Notes under the pieces: generated by a model | The model's database searches: none | Seen by the model: only the letters and a program-made list of their open reading frames with translations | What the model was told of the DNA's origin: nothing | Made by a program: the position numbers and the translations under genes | IMG/VR virus record: IMGVR_UViG_3300020045_002401 | Coordinates: 1 to 64,000 of that record | Strand: one strand, 5' to 3' | From: a virus | Taxonomy: Duplodnaviria > Caudoviricetes | DNA: 64,000 nt | Shown here: positions 51,401-63,800 of the stretch, piece by piece | Layout: each line of letters starts with the position of its first letter | How positions within the stretch are numbered: position 1 is the stretch's first letter

Positions 51401-51799
51401 ATAAAAACATATAGTGGTAAAGAAGTTACAGTTAATAGTAGAATTAACCCTTCTCAAATGACTTATATTAAGGATTTAGTACCTGGTAAAATTAAACCTA
51501 ATGTCTATCCTTATTTTAATAATACTGTAGCTAATGAAGCTGTTAAGATAATTAATGATTATGATTTATATGTAACAGATGCTTATAGACCTGATAGTAT
51601 TAATAAACAAAGAAAAGAATCTGCTAAAGATAGTTTACATCAATATGGTAAATCTATGGACTCTCGCTATAATGAAGGTGCTAAAAAACTATTAGCAGAT
51701 TTATCTACTAATCCTCAAATGGCTAAAAACTTAGGTATATCTTATGCCTTTAAACACACTGTAGATGGTGTTTCCCATCTTCATATAGATTTTGAATAA
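48449..51799 (+). CDS. Putative ejection protein with C-terminal M15-type Zn peptidase domain
   Basis: 1116 aa; C-terminal VTDAYR...SLHQYGKSMD...HLHIDF matches the M15 SxHxxGxAxD...HxH zinc ligands. Confidence 0.7.
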   Translation: MAKQRYSTGVDSLSYNTSGLPYVAPPTKEILTFLDKGEERYLKTKQNLNLADELQKTIKYNPVSKGIYDELVSEVDLATSSITPENYADKELDSAQVAHDIANKFGGRELQQQQAAYSAAQSEIDKAEKIRPEKKDYYQALLARQLKPITRDTSGAFNVPGVGVPTMVQDIDLFDKADKLLTGWKSSGTYVKDSNGRLSIDPGVLGQMGITKTEFADEKELYDTVINYLGNDPTNREYLQSEADFSLFNKEVTPDYLRNTLPDNILKSYFPSKDPKDVTALDIQNLTGGDENMLKDMASHGIVSNQMNQVGSALANKHGFKEETKTFFTDQEYAESIKAKYVVKKTGSSDGTPNEAMGQLVIPQTATTMQIGNPTIYDNYKAQENEAITNYANKREEVLKLEAEYNTATPDQQLLLKENVAKAREEVAIADQEIQRARQAQNNLTKGTMKLATDKGVNVDKAYTENAILISNDNAAANRKVAQQYGYSADVTNLVKPKSSNEVSINVKGRVHTLPILTADPASAAKRMLTRDYVIKDGNSYKLYHNAESPELINNYTQGQKGSTFNSLSNNLIDTIGFNKLQDNPFNKQGIKDNSLSFKSNLITRPTGSDFKSMVSQLFMNPDTKFPGVPDKTVALAKEEASKIKKVAKPGDVQVNQTLDYLYVPSDVKKGTAAKRLYDLGKVIDKTLISDGAQYKVRNNEGQWETLPLYVASLGLEFSDEHIDFSKLRTGIMLTSDRKYGQQYNIPLPLTAKGRAALKESGNEPFALAGTLNLTAVSATGRDNPFNKNVTDAVYKAYVESYGNTLPSGEEARQAFGQVTFDNSPYAKDFYGLNLYTLGHGATTQYKLPDGNDINITAVKRSATPDKLGDNDFFISNAQGDIFAYDAQIGKDRMVSKKEYEADTSAKLYRRKLFASPEDIGGLIGKSLLDRRALYNNNSSMQTNQVKTTGSSYIVKPDSVISNEHRTSVNNTTKQYGTSASPRQIKTYSGKEVTVNSRINPSQMTYIKDLVPGKIKPNVYPYFNNTVANEAVKIINDYDLYVTDAYRPDSINKQRKESAKDSLHQYGKSMDSRYNEGAKKLLADLSTNPQMAKNLGISYAFKHTVDGVSHLHIDFE

Positions 51800-51826
51800 A
51801 TAACTTAATTTAATTTTACATACATT

Positions 51827-54800
51827 ATGGCTTTAAACAATGACACAAATCAAGGCGACAATCTTGAGTCAAACCTAATTGAAGATTCTACTGGTATCGT
51901 AGGTGCAAAAGACTTATCAGATATTAAGCCAATAGAAGAAGTTAAAAATAAAGAACTAGAAGCCAAAATAAAGGCTCAAGTAGCAGACTTTACTCCTGCT
52001 AAAATTGAACCTTCTGTTAAGATATTACCTCCTGAGTATTCAGGGGGTAAATCTGTTTCTAGCCCTACCACTCAAGAAGTAGTAGATAAATATGGTAAAA
52101 TTCCAGATAATGAAAAACGTATAATTACATCTTCATCTGATACTGCTCCAGAGTTATCTCAACCTAGTTTTCTTGATACTATTGTTAAAGTCGGGCAAGG
52201 TGATACTAGTATTAGTCGTCCTATTGACCAGTCTATTAATTATGATGAATATAAAGATTACTTATCTAAGAATCATTCTTACTTTGATACTGAAACAGGG
52301 TTAGATAAACTTAGGGCGCAGAATCAAAGTGAAGGTATGCAAGTTTTAAATGCAGGATTAAGAGTTCTTGCTAATGTTATACCTGAAGGTATTAAACAAA
52401 CAGCTAATGCTTTTGATTTAGAACATTTAAATGCTGCTGAAGATGGTATAGGTAATATAGTTGCTGATACTATGACTGAATGGCAAGATTCTGTTAAAGA
52501 TACTTTACCTATTTATAGAGAAAATCCAGGTAAAGCCTTAGACTTTACTGACCCTGCTTATTTAGCTGAAACTTTAGAAAGTTTAGTAACTAGTATAGGA
52601 GGTTTTGTATTAGCAGGTTATGCTACAGGTGGTGCAGCAAGTACAGTGGGTAAAGCTATTGGTGGAACAGTTGAATTAGCTTCTACTATTAATTTAGGTA
52701 AAAAAGTAACTGATGGTATTAAATCTTCTACATCTTTTCAAAATGCTTTAGCTAGTGCTAAAGCTGCTAATATAGGTTCTAAAGCTGAATCTCTTGCTGT
52801 TAACTTTTTATTAAATCAAGCAGAAGGTAGAGGTATAGGTGCACAAGTATATGCTGATGTATACCAAAGAGAATATAATACTGCTTTAGCTACTGGTAAG
52901 TCATTAGAAGAAGCTAAAGAAATTGGTAAAGATAAAGCAGGTAAAGCTGGTGTAGCTGCTATTAACTTTAATAGAGTTACAATGCTTCTTAATGTTACTT
53001 CTTCTGATTTATTTTTACAATCTCCTAAAAATGTTGGTAAATTAATTGAAAAAGGAGGAGTTAAACAACTTTTAAAAGAAGGTGGACAAGAAGCAGGAGA
53101 AGAATACATTAATGATTTAGCTCAAATGTATGGAGAAGGTTTAGATACTGATAAACCATTAACATTTAAAAATTCTATTGCACATTTAGCTACAGCTGAA
53201 GGTATAGAATCTCCTATATTAGGTTTTATTGGTGGTGCTGGACAAACTGCTTTAACTAAAGCAGGTAAATATATTCAGTCTTCTTCCAATGAATCTTATA
53301 TGAGGCATTTTAATCAGTATATAATGGAGCACCCTATAGATGGTGCTAATAAAGATTCTATTATAGCTTCTGCTACTAATTATGCACAACAACAAGCTGA
53401 TAAAGATAAACCTTTAGGTTTTGTTAATAGAGGTAATGCAAGTGCTGATAGAACTTCTACTGCTCAACAACTTGAATCTTTATATGTTGCTCAACAATCT
53501 AATTTAGAAGATTATAAAAAGGCAACTTTAGCTGATAGTATGAATGACGTGGTAAATGCGACCATTTCCAGCTCATTTTCAGTCGATTTAATGAATCAAA
53601 TTAAAAACGACCCCACAATGCTCCAAGAGCAAAAAGATAATCTCTTAGAACGTTCCCTGTTAAGCCACCAAGCTTATATCGCACTTCAAGTTGGCACAGA
53701 AAATCAACTTAAAGATTTGTATCGTACATATGCAAATATGGATGAAGATACAGCTAAACAAAGAGGTATGTTTAATGGTGAATCTAAAGATGATATTAAT
53801 TATTATAAAAATAAAGCAGAAAGAGCTATTAAAAGTATAGAGAATTTTGAGAAAAATTATACTAGTAGTAAACAATATGTTAATAGTGGAGAAGTATATG
53901 ACAGATTAAATAATAATTATTTTAATGTTAGAGATGTTGAAGAGTTAAGTAAAAAACATAATGAATTACTTTCTAATATTAATGAATTCTCTCGTGATTT
54001 ATATGAACAAGAAGGTAATGAAGAAGCTTTAGAAGATGTAGCAAATAGAAGTGCTGAAGGTAAAGCTATTGTACATCCTAGTTTATGGGAGTCTAAAATG
54101 GAAGAAGACTTTAAAGATATACAAAAAGCTTTAAAAGTTGCTAAAGATAGTAGAGTTAAAAATGCTATACAACTTAATACTATAATGTCTACTAAGTATA
54201 ATCAAGAACTTAGTGAAACTATTAATTTATATAGAATTAAACAACAAGGAGAAAGAGTTAAAAAGAACAAAGTTGCAGGAATAAGTAATACATTTGGTAA
54301 AGTATTTAGTAAAAGTAAAGAAGTAGAAAATCGTGCTAATACTGTAAAAGAGCCTAAGACAACTAAGTCGAATGAGTCTTCTACTACGGGCAAGGCACAA
54401 ACGACAAAAGCTAAACCTACATCTGTACCTAATAGTACTCAAGTAGCTCCAACTGCACAAAATAATTACACTCCTCCACTTGTTAGTAATACTACTACAC
54501 AAAATAATAGTGTTAATGATGTAAATAATAATCCTGATTTATTCAGTTTTAGTTATTCTGTTCCAGGTGCTAGTGATGTTATGAAATCTTTTATAGCTTC
54601 TGATAATAAAAAGATTCATGTAATATTAAAAAGTCAATATTCTTTACAAGCTAAAATAGATAAACTTAATGAAATACTTAGTGATAAAATTAATTATGAA
54701 ATTAAGGAAACACCTTTAATTGCTCCAGATGGCGAAGCTGTAACTCAAAAATCTATAGATGTTATACAGGCTAAAATAAAAGAATTACATAATTATAAAG

Positions 54801-57800
54801 AAGATTTTTCTCCTGATGTAATTGATGAACAACAAGCTTATGAAAGTGACATAGTAGATTTTGGTTTAGATTTAGAGGAATATCAATTGAATGTTGCTAA
54901 TAGAGCAACTGAAGATGGTGATATAACTACTAGTACTTTTGATGTACTTACTTCTAAGTTTAATATTTATAGTGCTATATTAGATCAAATGGCTAAGAGA
55001 GGTATAGATACTACAAGTCTTGATGATGTAATGACAGAATTTAAGACTATACTAGGTACTAAATTACTTAAAGCTGAATTTAATTCTTTACAAGGATTAT
55101 TTAACTTTGCTAACAATACTACTGAGAATAGTACTTATGCTGATTTATTTAATTCTGATAAAGATAATAATAATGATTTAGATAATTTTAATAAATTAGC
55201 AAAAGTTAATATTCAAACTGGAGAGTTTACATATGATTTAGATAAAGAATCTAGAATGGCTATGCAAACTACTAAACAAGGTATTATTATAAATAATCCT
55301 GATACTGAAGTTAAAGGTTTAGCTTACCCTATTTATAATGAAATAGGTAGAGATAAAATAGCATATCTTGCTCAAAATTATTCTAAAGTTATTACTAAAC
55401 AAACTAATGAAGACGGGCAAGAATATTATGAAGTAGATAAAGTTACTGTTGAAAATACTATCAATTCTGCTTTAGACCCTACTGTATTAGAAGAAGATTA
55501 TTTTAAAGAAGGAGATAGTATTACATTTATACCTTTGGATTCCTTTACAGATGAAGAGGGGAATGTCGTTCTAGCGAAAGACTTGCCCGTAGGAGAAAGA
55601 CCTATCGGGGTTATCAAAGATGGGGAGTTAGTTAAAGGTTTATATTTACATACAACTTCTTGGATTACTGCTGAAAATATTACTAATACACCTGCTAATA
55701 TTGAAGCTGATAGACAATCTTTATTTAATTTACGTGAACGTATTATTAATGGAGAACAAGTTACTACTATAATTAATGATGTAACTACAGGGGCTCCTAT
55801 TTCTAGTGCTAATGGGGAAATGAATACTTTTGCTAATGAATTTCCTGAACACCCTGTTGGTGTAGTACGAAATGGACAATTAGAATTAGCTAATGGTAGA
55901 ATAGAATCTTATCCTGAATTTTTACATTTTGATGAAGGTGATGTTGTATCTATTGTTAATGGCTATTATTATTATGGTAGTAGAACTAGATTATTTAGTC
56001 CTATGAGAGTTGCTATTTTATCTAGTTTAACTGCTTTTGCTACAGCTACTCATACACAAGGTTCTGAATTTTTATTAAATAAAACAGGTAAAGATTTACT
56101 TAAACCTAAAGGAGTTGAGTCATATTTACGTGATTTTATCTATACTGCTCCTATTGCTATTGATAATGTTTATCCAACTAATTTAGAAGAATTTAGAAAT
56201 GCTTTACAAACTATAGGAGAAGATAGAGTTATTGTTAATTTTATTGGTAATAGTTTTTATATCGGTAGGGGTGGAGCATTAGATGTTTTTACTTTATCTG
56301 CCGGACAATATAAAGGTAATGCTGAAGCTTTGGAATATGTACTCTCTCAAATTGAGGCTTTGCTACAAGATGCCTATGCTAACGTTAGTTTACAATCCTT
56401 AACTAGTAATAATCCATTACATATTATTAGTGAACAAGGAGTATCTAAAACTTTTGATACTTATGAAGATTATGTAAAACAAGTTTCTGTTTCTCCTTAT
56501 GTATCTATTACACTACCAAGTGGAAATAAAATTACTACTATACAAAAAAGAGTAAGTTTTGATATTCCCGATATAGAACAAAATTCTGATAAAGTAGCTA
56601 GTACTGTAACTAAAAAAGGTACACCTAAAAAACCTAAAACTAAGAAAGAAATTATTACTACTGAATCAGGTAAACAACAAGTTATTGAATTTACAAGTTT
56701 AGATACTGATAGTAATGAAATTAATTTTGATGATGTTACAGAAGATTTTAGTCCTTTAGTTATTAACACTTCAGATATGTCACCTGATGTACAAGATGAA
56801 GCTTTAGAGTCCCCTTCTTATATAAATGGTATTTCATTAGAATTACAAGAAGCTGTAGTACATGATTTAGTACAAGAATATTATAATTTATTATTACAAA
56901 ATAGAGGTATAGATGTTCCTATAGTACCTTTAGAACAATTTTTTGATTCTAAAGTAGCTTTTTTTAATGATGTAGTTGCTAAAGCGGAAGCTATTAATCA
57001 TCCTAATTATAATAAATTAGCTTTACAAGTTCAAACTATTACTAATAATAAAGCGCAATTTCTTAATATAACTAGACAACAATTAACTAGTGAATTAAAA
57101 GTTAAAATTACTGATACAGCTTTAGTTTTAGAACCTGTTGATGTAGATATTAACACTACTTTAGAAAATGTAGATGCTCCTGATGGTGTAGAATTAGAAG
57201 ATGTACAAGAAGATTCTAGAATTTATTCTATGAATGAATTTGCTATAGACCCTAAAACTCAATTAAGTTATGAAATAAAAGCTTTATTGTATGGAGTTAT
57301 AGATGCTAAATTAGCTTATAAAGAAGGTGTACCTAATATTGTTCCTAGAAAATTAGGTTTACAAATTCCTTTATATGTAAATCCTAATGCTGTTTATCAA
57401 GATTTAATGATGTTATTCTCTAAATCTAGTATAAATGATGGTATGGATACTTCTAATTTTTCTTCTAATCCTGATTCTGCATTATTACCTAAGATTCAAA
57501 TAGCTATTGAAATATTAAAATCTCAATATACTACTAAACCTTATTATGCTAATGTTGTTAAGAAACTTGAAGTTTTAGATACTAAAACTCAAATACAATT
57601 TATTACTACTTTTAATAAAAATAATACTGACCATTTAAAAGTAATAGAATATGTAGATAAATCAGGAGAAGGAAAAGCTTTAAGACTTATTAGAAATAAT
57701 AATCAAAATGCTCATGACCAACTTATAAGTTCTTGGAGTGAAACAGTAAAAGCTATTGGTGGATATATACCAGGAGTTAATAATATAGAATTAGATGATA

Positions 57801-60800
57801 AGTTATACCAAGCTTTTACTAATGCTTATAATCAAATGGCAGGTAATGTAGCTTTACATACTTATGATAATTTTAAAGTATTATTTGCTTTAGTAGGTAT
57901 AAATTTATCTGTAGATGCTTTTGAAAAACTTCGTGATGGTACTTATGTAAATGGTCGTATTAAATCTATAACACAACAATTTGAACATACAGATGGTTGG
58001 TTAAAAAGAATGAAAGATAGACTAGTTTTTATTAAAACTAATAACCTTGATGCTAATACTCTTCATAATAATGATGTATTTAAGGAACTTGCTGACTTTA
58101 TTTTAAAGTTTGAAAAATCTGTATTTAATACTTCATATAAGAATGGTAATGGTGATACTATTTATGGTGTTACTAATAACCGTTATTTTATGGAAAGACT
58201 TACTGGATTAAAGAATAATGCTAAGTTGTTAAAACAATTAGCTAATAATGCGTTTTCTTCTAAATCTTCTTGGTTATCTGAATTACTAAATTCAAACAAC
58301 GGTACAGTTAATAAAGGAAAGTTTCATTCTACTTTTAGTTATAATACACTAGATAGCTATACTACTAGAGCAAATAATAAGACTAAAATGGTTGATAGTA
58401 TGAATAGAAAAGAACTTATACAACTAAGTTTAAGTTTATTCTATAATGGTGGAGAAAGTTTATATAATAAAACTACTCCTATACATACTTTCATTATACC
58501 TGCTTTATCAGATAAAAGTAATATGTTTACTGTTAAGGCTCCTGGAAGATTTTATAATATGGTAAATAATAAACTATCTGAACAAGATTTAACTTATTTA
58601 CGTACACAATTATTTGAAGGTGAATTTCATAGAATAGTACAATCTACTGTTAAAGGTAATATAGGTACTAAAGGTTATGACCAAGGTTCACGTAAATTTT
58701 TAATGTTTCCTGAATTTAATAATATAGATGGTTTATTTATAGATGGTAACATTAATACAGAAGCTTTAGGGGATAGTGAATTAATAGAACGTATTAATGA
58801 TAAAATTAATGATTATATCAGTAATATAATATTTAAGACTTATCAAGATTGGTCTAATTTAGGTTTACTAAGACAAGGTAAAGAAAATGTTTATTCTGAT
58901 AAAATGTCTTTTATAGATACAGCTTATGCAACTGTAAGTAAATCTAATCCTAATAACTCTTTACAAGAAGCTTCAAGTGTAGTATTAAATTATACTGTTA
59001 ATTATCTTGTTGCTAATGCTAATATGCAACAATTAATATTTAATGACCCTGCTTTTTATTATAAAAAAGGTAAAAGAAATAGTGAAACAGGTGCAGATAT
59101 TACTACTGATATAGCAGAAACTTGGGATAATGTTACTAAACGGTATGCGGCTGTAAATGGGGGTAAAGATGATTTTGGTTTTCCTGCTGGTAGTAAATTT
59201 AGTGTACTTAGTATTAATGATACAAAAGTAACAAGTAACACTCTCGAATATCTATCTTCTCTATGGGCAGGTCATGCCTTAGAAAAAGAAGTTATAGACA
59301 CATATTCTAATATGGAACCTGGAGATGCACAAGAATATACTTCTTTAGAAGAGCATTTAGATAGAATGGTATATAGTTCTATGATAGCAGAAGATAAAGC
59401 TAAACGTATATTAACTACTTATAATAAAACAGGTAAAGTAAGTAAAAAAGATTTAGGTGCTTTATTAATTAACTTTAAGCCTTTATATTTTAATACTTTT
59501 ATGGGTACTAAAGGTGTAATGGAAACTGTTTACATTAAAACCTCTAGTTTTCCTTTAATTAAAGAACTTACTAAAGGTACACAGTTAGATGAATTAAGAG
59601 AGTATTTAGATAATCCTAAAAATAAAGTTAAAGTAGCTGTATTTGCATCTGGTATTAAAGCTGGTAACCCTGCTGAGAGTTTAGATTTATTTGATTCTAA
59701 AGGTAATATGATTTCTGGAGCCTTAAAAGGTAAGTTAGATAACTTTATTCTTAAAGATTTACCAAGAGAAGGTCACGGTAATCAACAATCTAATCCGGAT
59801 AAAAGTAAATCTACAGTTATTAATGATGGTACTCAACAAGCTAAATTAATATTTACTAACATACTTGATGTACAAGGTTTTAAAAATCCATTTGGAGAAG
59901 GAGAAATTGGTGGTAGAGATTTAGCTACTATATATCTTAATAAATATGAAGAAAGATTTAAAATTAACTTTGATAAGTTAATGAAAGAATTAGGAGTTAA
60001 AAATGGAATAATTACTAATATAGCTAAACTTAAAAAGATACTTGTTGATGAAGCTACTACTAGAGGTTGGACTTTTAATGAAGCTTCTTCTTTTGAATTA
60101 GATACACTTGGTCTTAATTTTGAGATACCATTATGGATGTCTGTTTCTTCTAGTAAAATAGAAAATTTATTGTCTGCTATTGTAGATAATAGAATTAGAA
60201 AAAGAAAAAGATTTGGACGTTCTTATATATTAGCTTCTGAAGCTGGTATTAGAACATTTGATAAAGCTATTGATAATGATAATTCTGGTATAACTTTTAC
60301 TAGTGATTTTACAGGAGAACTTAGAAATAGTTTTAATAAAGATGGTGAAATGACTTCTGCTGAGATACTAGTACCTTTTAGATTTTATGATAATGAAGGT
60401 AATCTTCTTAGTATAAAAGATTTTATGATTGATAACCAACTTGATTTAACTAAATTACCTGCTAATTTATTAGAAGGCTTTGGTTATCGTATCCCTACAT
60501 CTGGTATTAACTTAATGTCTAATATTAAAGTAGTTGGTTTCCTTCCTGAATCATATGGTGATACTATTATAGCTCCTGCTGATTTTACTAAGCAAATGGG
60601 TTCTGACTTTGATGTTGATAAATTTTATAGTAGTTTATATGCTACATATTATAATAAAGAAACTAAAAGTTTAGAGAAACTAACACGTACTCATAATGAT
60701 AATAGAAATCAGATTATTGATAATGTATTTAAACTTAGAAATGATTTAAAACGTTTAACTAATTACAAAGGCGCTAAAAAAGACTTATTAATAGAAGAAA

Positions 60801-63800
60801 CTAAAGCTAAAATTAAATTAGAAGAAGCTAAACCTTGGTATAAACTTAAAAATTTAGATATACTTGTAATAGATAATGAATTAACTGATATTCAAAGAGC
60901 AGTATTAAATAACCCTTCTAATGTAATACAACGTGCAAGAACTAAACCTTTAATGTTTGGTAGATTAGAAGAAATGGTTACTAAATTTCATGACGCTACA
61001 ACTGATTTATATTATACCTTCTTAGATAGAAGTATTCAAGATAAGAATTATCTTAATGGACAATTAGGTAAAACAGCTGTTGGTAACTTTTCTCTTGATA
61101 TGATATTAAATTCATTAGGACAATATGTTACTACTCCGTTATTCTTTCAAAATGTTTATACTGATAAAGATGGTAGAAAGAAAGTAGTAGAAGCTAAAAT
61201 TAAAGCTTTTGGTTTTAGTAATAATAATATTAATGACCCATTTTTAAATGATGGTAGTGGTAGATATAAATCTGATGTATTAGAGGGTTTAATGGCTGCG
61301 GCTTTAGATAACGGTAAAGAACAAATTTTAGGTAAATTAGGTATATCAGATAATACTTTTGATTTTATACGTGCAATGGTTGCTACAGGTTATAATGAAG
61401 AAGTTATTATGGGTATTCTTGCACAACCTATTATTAAAATGTATTTAAGTCCTACTACAGGCTTTAATACTATAATGAAAATGAAAGGTGCTTTATCTAA
61501 AATTAAAGGTGCTGATAGAAATTTAGCTGATTTTAGTTTAGCTTCTCTTTCAGAAGATTTAGAAAAATTTAATGAATTATATAGTAATCTTAAAGAAGTA
61601 GATAAATTAGTTGCTACTAGTTTTAAAGAGAATACTATACCTGATACTGCTTTAGCTTTACAGTTTTATTCTTTAGGTTTATTTATTAGTATGGAAAAAA
61701 GAGGTAGAGCCTTAAGTCAAATACGTAGTGCTTTAAATGTTGATAGTGCTGGTGTAGGTAAAAATACTATATATAGTGCTGGTAAATTAGAACAAGCTGA
61801 TGCTGCTAAAAATAATTTAACTATTAATAACCCTACTGCTTATTTTGTTAATACTAAATATAATTCAGATACTCAAGAATATGAAAAAATATCTTCTTCT
61901 ATAGGTAATTCTGCTTTATTTTACGGTGCTAATACTAATTATCAATTATGGAACAGATACTTTCCATTTGATAATGAAGTAGTTAATAGAGTAATTAAAA
62001 CTATTGCAGATAGAACAGGTAAAGATATATTTAGACTTAATAGCTATAGTGATTATGCTACTTTAATTCTTAAAGATTTTAAATCTTATTTAAGTGCTAA
62101 AACTGTACCTACTATTACCCCTGCTTTTATGAAAGGAATGCAAACTAATGAAATATATAAATATATAGTTCATAGTACCCCTACTCATCAAAGTCTTGGT
62201 GAATTTATACTTGAACTTAGAAATCTTAAAGATGAACAAGGTAATGTTAAATATATTAATAGATTCTTAAATGATTTAAATATTAAACCTGTAGACAAGA
62301 CTACTACAAGTGAAAATAACCCTGCTATTGTAGATATTAATTATGCTACTATTAACCGTGTTGATAATAGTGAAAATAAAGTAGTTAATGCTATGATTGA
62401 TATGTTAAATAAACCTGTAAGTTTAGGATTATGGAATGGTAATATTATTGATAGTCGTCAATTAATGAATTTACTTACTACTTATCAACTTATTAGTAAA
62501 GGTATTCCAGCACCTAATAAATTTATAGAATTTATCCCTAATAATGATTTAAAACGTATGGGTTATTACCATCAAATGGATAATACTTATAGTGATTTTG
62601 TTAATGATAATCTTAATAGTTCAACTAAATTAACTGAAACACAATTTCTAGTACAACACTTACAACATAATATGGAAGACTATTATAATGTAGGACAAGA
62701 ACGTGCTTATACAGGTTATTTTGAGAATGGACAATTTAATAATGCTGATTTAGCTAAATTACCTCCTTATATTGTATTTAAAGATGAAAAAGGTTATCAT
62801 ACTCAATATAAAACTAAACAAGGTTTTGTACGTTTAAACCCATTAGGTTGGGGTAGTAATACAGAATATAACCATGATATAATTAATCCTACTAGTATTA
62901 ACCATAATAATAATAAATCTATGGTTAATGTATTTGAATTTACTAAAGCTAGTGCTGAAGTTACAGAAAATGTAATAACTACCTTTATACCTACTACTAC
63001 TCTTATAGATAGTTCTTTAGGTACAGCTGTAGAAATTCTTATACCTTTTGAAAATGAAAACGGAGAAACTATGAATGGTAGTTATAAAGCTTATCCTCTT
63101 ATAATGACTGCAAATGGTAGTAGTGATAGTTTTTATTTAGTTAAAAATGGTGCTACTTATAATACTATATACCATCCTATTACGGGAGTAGTTATACCTA
63201 TTAATGGATTATCTGCATTTACATCTAAACAAGAACGTGATAGTAAAATTATGGTTGCATTATCTGTAGTACCTGCAAATGTTATTGAGGCTTTAGGTTT
63301 ATCTGAACAATTAGAATCTTTTAATATTGAAAGTATAGAAAGTAATATTGAAACATTTATGACTCCTAGTAGAGATAAACAAAAAGATGTATTCCCTTCT
63401 GATATTAATGATACTACTAGAAACTTTGCAGATGAATTAGGATTATCTGATACTAGTTTAAATTTAGAAGATAAATATTCTTTAATTTTTGATAGAATTA
63501 GAAATACAGTTGGAGAAAGTACTCCTTTAGGTTATTTTCTTGCTAAAGCTAAAGAAATTGTACCTGCATTAGGTAATACACCTATTGTAATGGATACTAC
63601 TTTAAAAGCTAAAGGTGTCTATAAATCAAATGGAGCATCTAGTTATATAGTTATAAATCCTAATAAATTTACAACTATAGAAGAAATGGCTAATGTAATT
63701 GCTCATGAAGCTATACATGGTTTGTTTAAAAAACAAATACAAGTTAAAAACCCTATTACTAAACAATTAGAAAAACTAAGAAAAGAAGTAGAAGATTTAT

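Larger units (their letters stand above)
6298..59268. repeat. Dispersed 23-bp bipartite motif family CG-N14-TAYGGGC (17 copies, 12 with exact spacing)
   Basis: Copies listed in findings; found on both strands, in different reading frames and in intergenic DNA. Confidence 0.8.

Noticed and set aside
2683-55418. Other GGGC/GCCC cores (2683, 2869, 18816, 21212, 33168, 38278, 41050, 42599, 52191, 55412)
   Set aside because: They lack the CG at about 14 nt and/or the pyrimidine run or TAY core, so they were not counted as motif copies; 18816 is explained by the terminator hairpin
297-59241. Short antisense and nested ORFs in the track (e.g. 297..524, 7768..8100, 11400..11666, 19024..19278, 52816..53109, 56497..56769)
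   Set aside because: They lie opposite or within well-supported genes and have shadow-frame composition with no motifs
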